A stretch of DNA of 64,000 nt from Macrostomum hystrix (GCA_950097015.1 CATNEN010000012.1:2294001-2358000), one strand, 5' to 3'; numbered from the stretch's first letter, positions 1 to 11,970 are shown. Numbers and translations are program-made. Notes: generated from the sequence alone by a model not told the origin.

Positions 1-2
1 AG

Positions 3-2114
3 GAAGTCAGGCCTGCCGGAGCTGGCCGACACTCTGAACTCAACGAGGCTCGAAGAGTGAATTTGAAGCTTAATCGCAGGAAGTTGAGGGTTGGCGTCTC
101 GTCTGTCAACTATGTCGGTCATGTGATCTCTTCTGATGGAGTGATGCCAGACCCTGTTAAGGTGAAAGCAATCCAGGAGCTTCCAGTGCCCGAGGACAAG
201 CAGGCGGTGATGCGGCTGCTGGGCATGGCCACCTACCTCGGCAAATTCATTCCGAAAGCGTCAGACCTAACGGATCCACTTCGCTCGCTTTTAAAGAAGG
301 ATGTGCTGTTCGACTGGCAGGAAAGGCAGCAAAAAGCTTTTGAGAAGCTGAAAGAAGTATTGACGCAAGCACCCGTATTAAGGCTGTTTGATCCTACAGT
401 AGATGTCGAGTTGCAAGTTGACAGTTCATCTGTTGGAGTTGGTTGTGCGTTGCTACAGAATGGACAGCCTGTCGCGTATGGTTCCGCAGCTTTGACTTCG
501 ACGCAGAAAAATTATGCCCAGATTGAGAAGGAGACGCTGGCTGTCGTGATTGCTTGCAAAAAGTTTCATGACTACGTCTATGGCCTACCAGTGGTTCGAG
601 TCACGACTGATCACAAGCCGCTGGAGATAATTTTCAAACGGGATTTGGTTCACGCCCCACCGAGAATTGCTCGAATGCTGTACCAGCTCAAAAGGCACAA
701 TCTGAAGGTCTCGTGGTCACCAGGATCCAAGATGCAGATTGCCGACACGTTGTCAAGAGCGTACTTGCCAGAGACCGAGGCAGCTTTGGATGATGAAATC
801 GAGGTGGAGGTCCACCAGCTGTGCAGGAGTCTGCCGATATCTGCCGTTCGGATGCAAGAAATTCGTGACGAGACTAGCAAGGATCGCGATTTGTCTCTTG
901 TGGCACAGTTCGTTCAGGATGGTTGGCCAACAGATTACCGCCGTGTTTGTTCATCTATCCGTCCTTACTGGAGCTTCAAGGAAGAACTGGTCTATCACGA
1001 AGGCGTATTGCTGAAGGTGAACCGTGTCATTGTGCCTGTCTCACTGCGTCAGAAGATCCTGGAGATTCTGCACGAAGGCCATGCTGGAATGGGCAAGACC
1101 GAAGCGCGTGCGCGTCAGATTCTGTACTGGCCTGGAATGTCAGCCGATATCAAACGGTTCGTGAGTCGCTGCACTACGTGCCAGGCATTTCAGCCTGCCA
1201 ATCCAAGGGAGCCGCTGATGAGCCATCAGGTTCCAGATTCACCATGGACAAAGGTTGGCTGCGATTTGCTCGACTTTAAGGGTGACAAGTGGCTGGTCGT
1301 TACATGTTACTACAGCAATTGGATTGAGTTGGCAAAACTGGGCCAGCAGTCAGGAGCTGCTCTGGTAATTTCTAGAATAAAGTCTATGTTTGCCAGGTTC
1401 GGAATCGTCAAGGAGCTGGTCAGCGACAATGGACCCCCGTTTAGCTCATTCAAGTTTCAAGAGTTTGCTGCTGAGTTCGGTTTCCGACACACGCGATCGT
1501 CTCCAGGTCATGCGCAGTCTAATGGAATGGCTGAGAAGGCAGTCAAAGTGGCAAAGAGCATTCTGCGGAAATCGGACCAGCCGGAGGTAGCGCTGATGGA
1601 ATATCGGGCGTCACCGATCAGTGGAACCAAAACTAGTCCGAGTGAGCTAATGTTCGGTCGGCTGATTCGGACGAAGCTGCCAGCAGACAGCAGAGCATTG
1701 GTCCAGAACAGGACAACCGAGTTCTCCAAGGCTCCGCTGCAGGCGGTTCAACAGCGTTACTACGACCAGCATAGCCGAACTCTACCAGAACTGCATGTCG
1801 GTGATGCTGTCCGCTACCGTCAAGATTTCAAATGGGAGCCAGCAGTCGTCGTGGAAGCTGATCCGGCTCTGCGCTCCTACCGGGTGCAGACGCAACACGG
1901 CCGTGAGCTCGTTCGGAACCGTCGGGACCTTCATCTGGTTCCGCAACAAGCCACTCCAGAGGCTGAGGACGTCGTCGCAGCGAGACAAGAGGGCACAACC
2001 AGTCCGGAAGCAACGGCAGCAGATCGAGCACCTGCTGAGGCTGGCGAGCTTCCGCGGCGGTCGGCCAGGACCACAAAGGGCGTGTTGCCTGCCCGCTACC
2101 GATCTGATGACTGA
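3..2114 (+). mobile_element. Ty3/Gypsy LTR retrotransposon pol, 3' part (RT C-terminus, RNase H, integrase); continues off the 5' edge
   Basis: Open frame with RT end (YVGHVIS, LGMATYLGKF), RNase H (DSSSVGVG, YAQIEKE, TDHKPL, ADTLSR), integrase H-H-C-C zinc finger and D-D-E (CDLLD, SDNGP, AEKAV). The RT-RH-IN order is the Gypsy order. Confidence 0.95.
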
Positions 2115-2535
2115 GTATGATTGTGATGGACTGTTTAGTGACTGTTTATTGGCCGTTTAAATACTATTATTTGCAGTGCGCTTATGTTAGATTTTGTCTC
2201 TTTTTGCGAGCATTTGCTAATATTCTTTGCGGTTGCTTTTGCTAAAACTTTTTTTCATGATTTGATTTTGATTTGATTTGAAATGCTAATGATTTTTTGA
2301 GTTGCCTTATGCTCTGAGTTTTTTTTGCTTGAAAACTATAATTATCGATTTTATTCCTTTTGATTTCTGCGTGATGCAAAAAGATTTTTTTTAATTCCCT
2401 AATTATCCAGTCACAATATTTTTTTGTTAATTTTTAAGCTTTGTCCTATAACTCTCGTTTTAATTTCTCGCAAGCTTGCTATTCGTCGAAATTTAATTTA
2501 ATGTAATGTCTGCATTCACTATTTTTGTTGCTTTT

Positions 2536-2722
2536 AGAAGGGAGATGTCATGAGTATAGCGTCTGTGCACAAGTTTGTACACCCGTCTAGGTGTACATGC
2601 TAGCGTTCTCTCTCTCATGCTACCATATTATGTAATCGCGTCTGGCTCTGCGTGTGCTACTTATATATCGGCTGAAGCCAAATAGATTGGTTGGAGCTTT
2701 GCTCTCGTCCGCGCCCATCACA
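2536..2722 (+). mobile_element. Polypurine tract and putative short 3' LTR (about 177 bp) of the Gypsy element
   Basis: AGAAGGGAGA (2536-2545) is followed directly by TGTCATG (2546), and the segment ends CATCACA (2722), giving TG...CA ends with an imperfect terminal inverted repeat. The 5' LTR is outside the window. Confidence 0.65.
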
Positions 2723-3149
2723 GTAAGAGCTATTGATTAGCTACTGTCAGAGCAAATATGTTTTTGCTTAATTGCTCGTCTCGCTCTGAGAAAAGAAAAA
2801 AATGTTTTTTGAGTGCAGCAGCAAGTTTTATTCGATACAAAGCTGAGTAAAGAATTTTCGAGCATTTGTGCCAGCGTTTTTAGATTCGAAAATATAGGAA
2901 AATACTTTTAGGAAAGCTATTAGCGCTGTTCACTTTAAGTTTTAACATTTTTTCAAGCATTCTTGCAAGCAATATTCAATAGGATTAAAAAATAAAGGAA
3001 GATATAAAAAATTTTATTCCAAACTAACAACAACTTTCCAGCATAGCTGCAAGCGTAATCAGATTCAGAACTAGAAAAAATGTGGGGAAAAGCATTCGAT
3101 ATCTAGGGAATAGCTTGATTTCGTGAAATGATTGCATTAGATTTCCAGG

Positions 3150-3790
3150 AGAAAGAATGAGATTTTCAGGTAATTTAAAAAACTAAAAAAATATTTATTA
3201 AAGAGGGTAGTATGATTTATCAAAGGGGAAGCATTTATTAACGAGGGGGAGCATGAATTAACGGGGGGAAGTATGAGTTGAGGGGGTCTGCATTCTCGAT
3301 GGCGTAGCATAAATTATTGAGGGGGTATAGTCTGATTGATCAAGGGGGTAGCATGAATTATCAAGGTTAGAGCATGAATTATCAGGGGGTATATTTACGA
3401 GGGGGAGCCAGAATTATCGTGGAAAGTATAAATTGAGGGGGTAGCATAAATTTTAGAGGGAGTAGTAAACTTTGTCAAGAGATAGCATGATTTATCAAGG
3501 GGATATTAAGAAAAGATAATCATAGTATTGAAGTTGCATATTTTTAATTCTTCTTCTTCCCAGGCCTGTAAAGCGTGATTTGCTTTCCCCAAAGGGGGTC
3601 TTGGTTGCTAGTCCTATATAATGTAAGAAAAATGAAAATCTTGTATGTATGTTTGCAATCGACTATCTCCCGAATGGCTCAACCGATTTTGACAATTCCT
3701 TAACTAAAATATGTCAAATGGTCCCGAATCCGTAAACGAATTTTTATTAAGCTTAATTCCATTGCCAAGTGGATTAAATATTCGGAAAAC
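3150..3790 (-). repeat. Dispersed repeat family copy, inverted relative to 51480-52790
   Basis: AAAGCGTGATTT..CCCCAAAGGGGGTCTTGGTTGCTAGTC and CTCCCGAATGGCTCAACCGATTTT match the reverse complement of 51540-51710. The degenerate GGGGGAAGCATGAATTATC units match the 21-bp array at 52085-52365. Confidence 0.75.
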
Positions 3791-4320
3791 TGGTTTACAT
3801 AGGCTTTTCCAATGCATTCATTTATTCAACTTGTGCACGGTGAGGCTCCAGTGCCTATTTTAATGATTGCATCAGAGCCAGTTTTGTTAGGCGACCGTAC
3901 TGATAAGATATTTCTCACCCCATTGTGAATAGCTGTTGTCTTGATTTCTTATGCTACAAATTGAGTCCTCGCAGTAAGAACCCGTTCATACGGCCGTGAG
4001 CCAATTCAGGCCGAGAGTCAAAATATATTTAAGTTTAACAGAGCGATAAGGAAGGGGGGTTGGTGGTACCAACCAGGGGGGTGGGTTGGTGATAACAAGA
4101 GTGCGCGACTGAGGGTAGGAGAGGAGGCTAGAACGTGAGCGGCGGACCAATCAGAGAAGAGGAAAGAAAGAAAGGATAGAGTATGAGAGATCAGCCGCAG
4201 AGATAACGAGGGAGAAAGAACTAGATTGAACTGGACGATGTAAACAAGAAAAGTGCAGAGAACGAAAGAGTGAATAGAGGACAGAAGGCAGAGACGAAAG
4301 TCGCGACAGCTGTGTCAACC

Positions 4321-6247
4321 CAGGGACTTCTATATATAGCAATCTGGACTGGCGACGAAAATAAAACGCTGCCCCGGTTATACGCTAGTGTGGCAAGGCA
4401 TTTGGGTCTAGCTAAAAAATCTATGTTATCTGTTTTCGAGTTGAAGGGGGAAAAAGGAGGGTTGGGAAGGGGCGGGGGTAGGAGAGTGGGGTCAGGGGGC
4501 CTGTACATTCCAGGAAATGTACAGGCTTGGATGTTTAAGCATTGCCGAAGAGCATATCATGCCTTGCACAGGGCTGACTGCCTCCTGAAATCTCAAACCA
4601 ACACACTCACACTGCTATAAACTTTCTGTTGCAACTTTACAAGTGCCTGTTTCAGTGAAGCTTTCAATGGTGCATGCTTGCTCAGCTTTCGGATGCTCTA
4701 CTCGAGCAACCGCCGAATCTGGAGTGACCTTCCACAGCTACCCTCTCAAGGACACTGCTCTTCTTGAGAAATGGAAACGAGCGAATCCAAGAAAAAATTT
4801 CGAGCCCACGAGGCATTCAAAGATCTGCTCGCTTCATTTTCAAGCCCATGACTTCATCGAAACATCGATGGACACCAATGCCGCACGCAAGAAGAAGAAA
4901 AGCGAGTCGCTATCGCGGAATCGTCTGAAGCCCGGAGCTGTTCCATCCGTCTTTCAAAACGCTCCCATCTACTTGTCAACCGACAAGAAGGCGCCACGAG
5001 CGACAGCTGCAACGTCGTCTTATCGCATGGAGAGAGAACAGAGGGACCTGGACGAAAAGATTGGAGCCTTCCAACAAGACGACTCCATTGCTGCTGCGAC
5101 TGATCTTTGGGAGATTCAGCGCCGGATGGAGCAGGAGGTGACCAAGCCAGCTGGATTTCAGACGGCTGTCCAAGATAAAAAGCTTTGCATCTATGTGCTG
5201 GAAACTCAGCCAATGTGCCAAGTTTCTTGTTACATCTGCCTGGCAGAAGATTTTACCGTCACCTATGGAGCCAACGGACTACCACTGAAATCAAGCTTGT
5301 TTAGCGACCTACTGTCTGAAGGCAAGGCTTCGACTCTCAGTCAGCTGTTGAATCTCATGTCGAGAATCAAGAACTGGGCTGAGGATTTACTACGTGACTG
5401 CTGCAGTTGCCCGCAAGTTTCTGCAGAATCGGAGGTGCGACTCCTGCAGAGAGCTCCTTCTGGAACAGGAAGAGGTGCACCCGTTGGAGGCCGATTGGGT
5501 GCCGAATGAGGCGTCGTCTTTCTTCGAGCAAATCAACCGAGGAGGTTTGTGCCAGCCAACTGAACTGGCTTTCGCCCTTGCTACGCATTGCTGGAAAATC
5601 TTCGAGGAGATCCGGCGGAAGGAATCCCTTCGCAGGGTTTTCCTGACAGTGCAGCAGCAGCAGCAGGTCTTCTGTGGGCTCGTGGATGAGATGGCCGACG
5701 AAGATATCTTTCTGGAGTCCTTCATGCAACTGGTGACTTGCACACATGGCCACGATGTGAAGGCAGGCCTGGCCAAGGCTTTTTGCAACTGCATGATGAA
5801 GAATCTGGCCAAGGAGCTCTCCAGCCGCGAAGGCGGAAAGAAGAGAAAGATCGCCAAGCTGTCCGGCCTCTCTGCCATGAATTGACATTATTATTTGCTA
5901 TTTCCATTTAAAAGTATTTTCTATATTATTTTCTACATAAAATTTAGCATTTTATAAATGTATTTGTGCATTGCTCAGACCTAAATGCTCAAGCGCAAAA
6001 TCTTATTATCTAATATGAGGCCTAGGCCTATGTTATCTAATAATGAGGCTAAGATTACTTTATTCATTGCAGTAACATCTCAATTCGAATCGTTTTGGCC
6101 ACCGATGTGATTTAAGTCGGTCACTAGACCCCCCAAAAAGATCGATTTCCCACTGGTTTCTCATACATTAGTTGGCAATGGTTGCCACACTAAGGTAGAT
6201 GCGGGCTGGGCGTTTCCAGTCCAGATTGCTATATATAGAAGTCCCTG
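4321..6247 (+). mobile_element. P-element/THAP-type DNA transposon, internally deleted (non-autonomous)
   Basis: Perfect 32-bp TIRs CAGGGACTTCTATATATAGCAATCTGGACTGG (4321-4352 and 6216-6247), with 7-bp TSD GTCAACC (4314-4320 and 6248-6254). It carries a THAP domain and a transposase C-terminal fragment. Confidence 0.9.
4667..5885 (+). pseudogene. THAP-domain P-type transposase remnant: N-terminus fused out of frame to the C-terminus, catalytic core missing
   Basis: THAP C2CH signature (CSAFGC...W...CSLHF...AVPSVF) from ATG 4667. The frame switches near 5390 to a C-terminal segment (CDSCRELL...NRGGLCQPT) typical of P/THAP9 transposases. It is too short to hold the RNase H-like core. Confidence 0.75.
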
Positions 6248-6809
6248 GTCAACCCCATTGGCGAGATAATTACTGCCCAATGTGCACAGGCTGAGCTGGC
6301 TTCTGTTATCTGTTCGGCACTGAAGTCTAATATTTATTTAAATACCATTATGTCATCCTATTTAAAGCTGTCCTATCACTATGATATAGCCTATTTTTAG
6401 AGCCACGTTTGTACATCAATAATTAATTTTTTGGGCATTCAGTGGGCGCCCTACTTACTGTCACCTAGTGCAAGTCATTAGCGGTAAATCAACTAATTCT
6501 TTTATCGATTTTTGCCATCATTCTTTAAATTCGTCGAAAATTGGAATTAGGCTCAAGCCATCGTCTCAGCCTTTCTGAGTGCTCATTGGGCAGTGTACTC
6601 CGCTTGACCAATCAAATTAAGGCGCTGTGTACGTAAGATGACAAAAGTGATTACGTAATCAGATGTTTTGTTTGCCACGATCAATAAGGCCGATTTGGCA
6701 ACCTACATAATAGCAACTCAAACAGTCATTGTGGCAAATTGTCCTGCTTTAATACTTCAATAGTAATTGTGAAGATTTCCGAGAAGCCGGCACTGCGATA
6801 AACGCAAAC

Positions 6810-8299
6810 ATGAAGTTGACCCTGATCTGCCTTATTGGCCTGGCCGCTGTGCTCATCTCCTGCTCAGGTAAATCGAAATTGTTGATTAAAACACTTCGAC
6901 ATCTTGAAGATCTATAAGCCACAATTTATTGTCTGGCCAATACTTTATCTAGTTCTAGTAGATGACAATCCTGTATCTAGTAGATGACAATCCTGTATCT
7001 AGTAGATGTCAATCCTGTATCTAGTAGATGCCAATCCTGTATCTAGTAGATGCCAATCCTGTATCTAGTAGATGCCAATCCTGTATCTAGTAGATGTCAA
7101 TCCTGTATCTAGTAGATGCCAATCCTGTATCTAGTAGATGCCAATCCTGTATCTAGTAGATGTCAATCCTGTATCTAGTAGATGCCAATCCTGTATCTAG
7201 TAGATGCCAATCCTGTATCTAGTAGATGCCAATCCTGTATCTAGTAGATGCCAATCCTGTATCTAGTAGATGCCAATCCTGTATCTAGTAGATGTCAATC
7301 CTGTATCTAGTAGATGCCAATCCTGTATCTAGTAGATGTCAATCCTGTATCTAGTAGACGCCAATTCTGTATCTAGTAGATGCCAATCCTGTATCTAGTA
7401 GATGCCAATCCTGTATCTAGTAGATGCCAATCCTGTATCTAGTAGATGCCAATCCTGTATCTAGTAGATGCCAATCCTGTATCTAGTAGATGCCAATCCT
7501 GTATCTAGTAGATGCCAATCCTGTATCTAGTAGATGCCAATCCTGTATCTAGTAGATGCCAATCCTGTATCTAGTAGATGTCAATCCTGTATCTAGTAGA
7601 TGCCAATCCTGTATCTAGTAGATGCCAATCCTGTATCTAGTAGATGCCAATCCTGTATCTAGTAGATGCCAATCCTGTATCTAGTAGATGTCAATCCTGT
7701 ATCTAGTAGATGCCAATACTGTATCTAGTAGATGCCAATCCTGTATCTAGTAGATGCCAATCCTGTATCTAGTAGATGCCGATCCTGTATCTAGTAGATG
7801 CCAATCCTGTATCTAGTAGATGCCAATCCTGTATCTAGTAGATGCCAATCCTGTATCTAGTAGATGCCTGTATCTAGTAGATGCCAATCCTGTATCTAGT
7901 AGATGTCAATCCTGTATCTAGTAGATGCCAATCCTGTATCTAGTCGATGCCAATCCTGTATCTAGTAGATGCCAATCCTGTATCTAGTCGATGCCAATTC
8001 CAGAAAATAATTTTAACGAACATTCAAAAGCGGCATTCTCTATGCGAGTCAATGCAACAACACCTGTCTACCCGCCTGTTTTTTCAGAGGGACATCATGG
8101 TTGCCGTCAGAAGAACGATCGCTGCGATGCCTACCCACGTTGGCACCGGTGTTGCGGCCGTATGGAGTGCCGCTCGGGTCGCTGCGTCGCCAAATGCCTG
8201 GAGAATCGCGCGAGCTGCCGACGCGACAAGGATTGCTGCTCCGGCTTCTGCGAGTGGTCGCGCTGGCGGAGGCAGCGAGTCTGCAGTCTGCACTGGTAA
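6810..8299 (+). CDS. Secreted double-knottin-like peptide A1, 89 aa, exons 6810-6867 and 8088-8299
   Basis: Exon 1 MKLTLICLIGLAAVLISCS is signal-peptide-like with a CAG|GTAAAT donor; phase-1 acceptor TTTTCAG|AG. Mature part GHHGCRQKNDRCDAYPRWHRCCGRMECRSGRCVAKCLENRASCRRDKDCCSGFCEWSRWRRQRVCSLHW has 12 Cys as two C-C-CC-C-C blocks. Confidence 0.85.
6953..7990. repeat. Intronic 22-bp minisatellite (GCCAATCCTGTATCTAGTAGAT), about 47 copies
   Basis: Read directly; fills the A1 intron. Confidence 0.97.
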
Positions 8300-8555
8300 A
8301 ATGGTGGCTTCAATGACTGTCGAGTTTTATGATCTGTTTTAAAATTTACATTGAGCGCATTAAATTTTACAAGCGCTTAATGCCAGTTTTATTGTGCTGC
8401 GAACTGACGGAAAATATATTCAATGATAAATCAATATATCGTTAAAAAACATTTTTATGCATTCAATTTCTTTGCATAATTTATAAAAATATCGAATTGC
8501 CTTATTAATAGGCTTAGTCCTCCATACTTGAAAATGAAAATGGATGAAAATGGTT

Positions 8556-8857
8556 CATTGGTACTCAATACTCAAGCCGCAAAATCAGCTCAGAGGTTAG
8601 GTGCTTGCACAAACTGCAGACATTACTGTAGTGACTCATTGGTACTCAAGCCGCAACATCAGCTCAGAGGTTAGGTGCTTGCACAAACTGCAGGTATTCC
8701 TGTAGTGACTCATTGGTACTCAAGACGCAACATCAGCTCAGAGGTTAGGTGCTTGCACAAACTGCAGGCATTACTGTAGTGACTCATTGGTACTCAAGCC
8801 GCAACAACAGCTCAGAGGTTAGGTGCTTGCACAAACTGCAGGCATTCCTGTAGTGAC
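8556..8857. repeat. 74-bp tandem repeat, about 4 copies, between A1 and B1
   Basis: GGTACTCAAG recurs at 8641 and 8715. Related copies lie at 29965-30425. Confidence 0.9.
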
Positions 8858-9017
8858 TCTCTGCGCAATATATTTAATTGAATGCCAAGGAACAGTATAA
8901 AAGTACATTTGAGTGCCACTGGGGAGGGACACTGAGAGATAAATTCAGCATTCCACAGACACCATGTAGCGCAGTCTCTAGCCAGCTCCACCGCAGCAGA
9001 TGCGGGGATCAGCATCG

Positions 9018-9367
9018 TCAGTTCCGCTTGCAGACTCGCTGCATCTGCCAGCGCGACCACTCGCAGACGCCGGAGCAGCATTCCTTGTCGCGTCGGCAGC
9101 TCGCGCGATGCTTCAGGCAGGTGGCGACGCAGCGACCCGAGCGGCACTCCAGACCGCCGCAACAGCTGCGCCACGGTCGGATGGCATCGCAGCGATCGTC
9201 CTTCTGACGGCAGGCCTCTGAAACCGGTTGGGGATCATGGCGAATCAATGGAAATCCCATTGAAACTGCAATGCTTCTGTTGAGAATATTCTCCAGTTGA
9301 CTCACGTACCTGAGCTGTAGATGAGCAGGACAGACAGCACGGCAAAGCACAGCAGAGTTGGCTTCAT
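9018..9367 (-). CDS. Secreted double-knottin-like peptide B1, 85 aa, exons 9367-9310 and 9217-9018
   Basis: Exon 1 MKPTLLCFAVLSVLLIYSS with CAG|GTACGT donor, 92-bp phase-1 intron, TTTCAG|AG acceptor. Mature ACRQKDDRCDAIRPWRSCCGGLECRSGRCVATCLKHRASCRRDKECCSGVCEWSRWQMQRVCKRN has the same Cys frame and intron position as family A. Confidence 0.85.
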
Positions 9368-9449
9368 GATTTCTCACCTGTAGTTTGTACGAGCTAGGTT
9401 GCAGACTTTGCTTGTGGACTGACTAGATCTGCTTTAGTCGACTAGCGGC

Positions 9450-9455
9450 TTTATA
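9450..9455 (-). promoter_or_regulatory. Candidate TATA box of B1
   Basis: TATAAA on the minus strand about 85 nt upstream of the ATG; conserved at 17455-17460 for B2. Confidence 0.5.
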
Positions 9456-10184
9456 GGGCTTGGAGATGCGAAGGCAGCGCCCCGGACCGCATGTTGGAAA
9501 CACCTGTGAGACTTGCACGGCCTGCTCTGGTCAGTGTTGCAAGTGACTAGGCTTTGAGCAACTCTTGATCAGCTTTATTAACCAACATGCGGCCTGTAGA
9601 CTCAGCAGAGCATGCTGCTCGGTCATGTTGCTAATGGATTTTGAGCATTGAGCAATTCCTAATTTGTTTTAACTAACATGCGCCTGTAGACTCAGCAGAG
9701 CATGCTGCTCGGTCATGTTGCTAATGGATATTGAGCATTGAGCAATTCCTAATTTGTTTTAACCAACATGCGGCCTGTAAGCTCAGCAGAGCATACTGTC
9801 ATTTCTCGGACATGTTGCTGTTGAATTTTGAGTACAACAAAAAGCTATTGAGTCAAAATTGAACCCATCATTGAGTTCCCATCATTGAGTTCCCATCATT
9901 GAGAACCCATCATTGAGTCTACCATTAATAACTCGTTCATTTAACTTGTTTTGGTTGCAACGGAGCTCTTCAAATGAAGATATTTTCAGGCATAGTTCTA
10001 TTTCTGGCATAGTTATTTATTGTGAGTTATCACTGGTATTGATTGATTCTTCAATTTAAAAACGCAGACTCACTCACACGTTAGTGTGAGTCTAGTGTGT
10101 GTGTGTGTGTGAGTGTGAGTGTAAGTGTGAGTGTGTGTGAAGTGTGTATCACACATTGATAGCATTATGAGCAGCTACTCAATC

Positions 10185-10720
10185 CAGCGTAAGCAGCAGG
10201 GACAGCAGTTCCTGCAAAGCACCCTGCAGCACGGTGCATGTCAGCAGCCAGCAGTTCCTGCAAAGCATCTTGCGGCTCGGTGCATGTCATCAGCTGCCAG
10301 CAGTTCCTGCAAACCATCCTGAAGCTCGGTGCATGTCAGCAGCCAGCAGTTCCTGCAAAGCATCCTGCGGCTCGGTGCATGTCAGCTGCCAGCAGTTCCT
10401 GCAAAGCATCCTGCAGCTCGGTGGATGTCAGCTGCCAGTAGTTCCTGCAAAGCATCCTGCGGCTCGGTGCATGTCAGCTGCCAGCAGTTCCTGCAAAGCA
10501 TCCTGCGGCTCGGTTCATGTCAGCAGCCAGCAGTTCCTGCAAAGCATCCTGCAGCTCGGTGCATGTCAGCAGCCAGCAGTTCCTGCAAACCATCCTGAAG
10601 CTCGGTGCATGTCAGCTGCCAGCAGTTCCTGCAAAGCATCCTGCGGCTCGGTGCATGTCAGCTGCCAGCAGTTCCTGCAAAGCATTCTCCAGCTCGGTGC
10701 ATGTCAGCGGCCAGCAGTTC
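10185..10720. repeat. 46-bp minisatellite
   Basis: GTCAGCTGCC recurs at 10381 and 10427. The overlapping ORFs cycle through all three frames. Confidence 0.93.
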
Positions 10721-10724
10721 GTGG

Positions 10725-10912
10725 TGCTCCAAATTGCAGCCCTGCTGCGGTGCCAAAGTGTGCCAATTAGACAATTTCAACACGGCCTACGGCAGGTGCG
10801 TCAGCTGTCTGAGTTTCGCCCTGCAACTGAGTGCTGCTCAGGCCGTTGCAGTCGGGCTGGAAGGCTTGAACGTTGCTTTTGTCCATTTTTTACAGGCCTG
10901 TTCTGCGAATAA
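10725..10912 (+). pseudogene. Frameshifted relic of a divergent double-knottin-like exon
   Basis: CSKLQPCCGAKVCQLDNFNTAYGRCVSCLS, then in a shifted frame RPATECCSGRCSRAGRLERCFCPFFTGLFCE*. No signal exon was found. Confidence 0.5.
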
Positions 10913-10919
10913 TAGTTTG

Positions 10920-11970
10920 GCAGTCATCATTCCAGTGTCATCATTCCCAAATCCATGCCTTTTCCAGTGTCATCATTCCCAAATCCATGCCATTTCCAAT
11001 CTCAACATTCCCAAATCAATGCCTTTACCAGTGTCATCATTCCCAAATCCATGCCATTTCCAGTGTCAGCATTCCCAAATCCATGCCATTTCCAATCTCA
11101 ACATTCCCAAATCCATGCCATTTCCAATCTCAACATTCCCAAATCCATGCAATTTCCAGTGTCAGCATTCCCAAATCCATGCCATTTCCAGTGTCAGCAT
11201 TCCCAAATCCATGCCATTTCCAGTGTCAGCATTCCCAAATCCATGCCATTTCCAGTGTCATCATTCCCAAATCCATGCCATTTCCAGTGTCAGCATTCCC
11301 AAATCCATGCCATTTTCAGTGTCATCATTCCCAAATCCATGCCATTTTCAGTGTCATCATTCCCAAATCCATGCCATTTCCAGTGTCAACATTTCCAAAT
11401 CCATGCCATTTCCAGTGTCATCATTCCCAAATCCATGCCATTTCCAGTGTCATCATTCCCAAATCCATGCCATTTCCAGTGTCAGCATTCCCAAATCCAT
11501 GCCATTTCCAGTGTCATCATTCCCAAATCCATGCCCTTTCCAGTGTCATCATTCCCAAATCCAAGCCATTTCCAGTGTCATTATTCCCAAATCCATGCCA
11601 TTTCCAGTGTCAGCATTCCCAAATCCATGCCATTTCCAGTGTCATCATTCCCAAATCCATGCCATTTCCAGTGTCATCATTCCCAAATCCATGCCATTTC
11701 CAGTGTCATCATTTCCAAATCCATGCCATTTTCAGTGTCATCATTCCCATATCCATGCCATTTCCATTGTCATCATTCCCAAATTCATGCCATTTCCAGT
11801 GTCAGCATTCCCAAATCCATGCCATTTCCAGTGTCATCATTCCCAAATCCATGCCATTTCCAGTGTCATCATTCCCAACTCCATGCCATTTCCAGTGTCA
11901 ACATTCCCAAATCCATGCCATTTCCAGTGTCATCATTCCCAACTCCATGCCATTTCCAGTGTCAGCATTG
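10920..11970. repeat. 32-bp minisatellite (CAGTGTCATCATTCCCAAATCCATGCCATTTC)
   Basis: Read directly; accounts for the long low-complexity ORFs here. Confidence 0.95.

Larger units (their letters stand above)
6322..9760 (+). repeat. Segmental duplication unit 1 (about 3.4 kb) carrying convergent knottin genes A1 and B1
   Basis: Near-identical to 14264-17655 from GAAGTCTAATATTTATT to GGATATTGAGCATTG; partly repeated at about 27926-30430. Confidence 0.9.

Noticed and set aside
6953-7990. CRISPR-like regular repeats here and in other arrays
   Set aside because: Head-to-tail units with no unique spacers, no cas genes and a eukaryotic context.
7991-8299. Single-exon reading MPIPENNF... of the knottin (also 16301, 29320, and minus-strand 9377 and 17382)
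   Set aside because: These N-termini are intron sequence. A conserved acceptor and an upstream signal exon give a better model in all five genes.
9466-9546. Small Cys-rich plus-strand ORF MRRQRPGPHVGNTCETCTACSGQCCK
   Set aside because: No signal peptide or family match; it overlaps the likely B1 promoter, so conservation in unit 2 is explained by the duplication.
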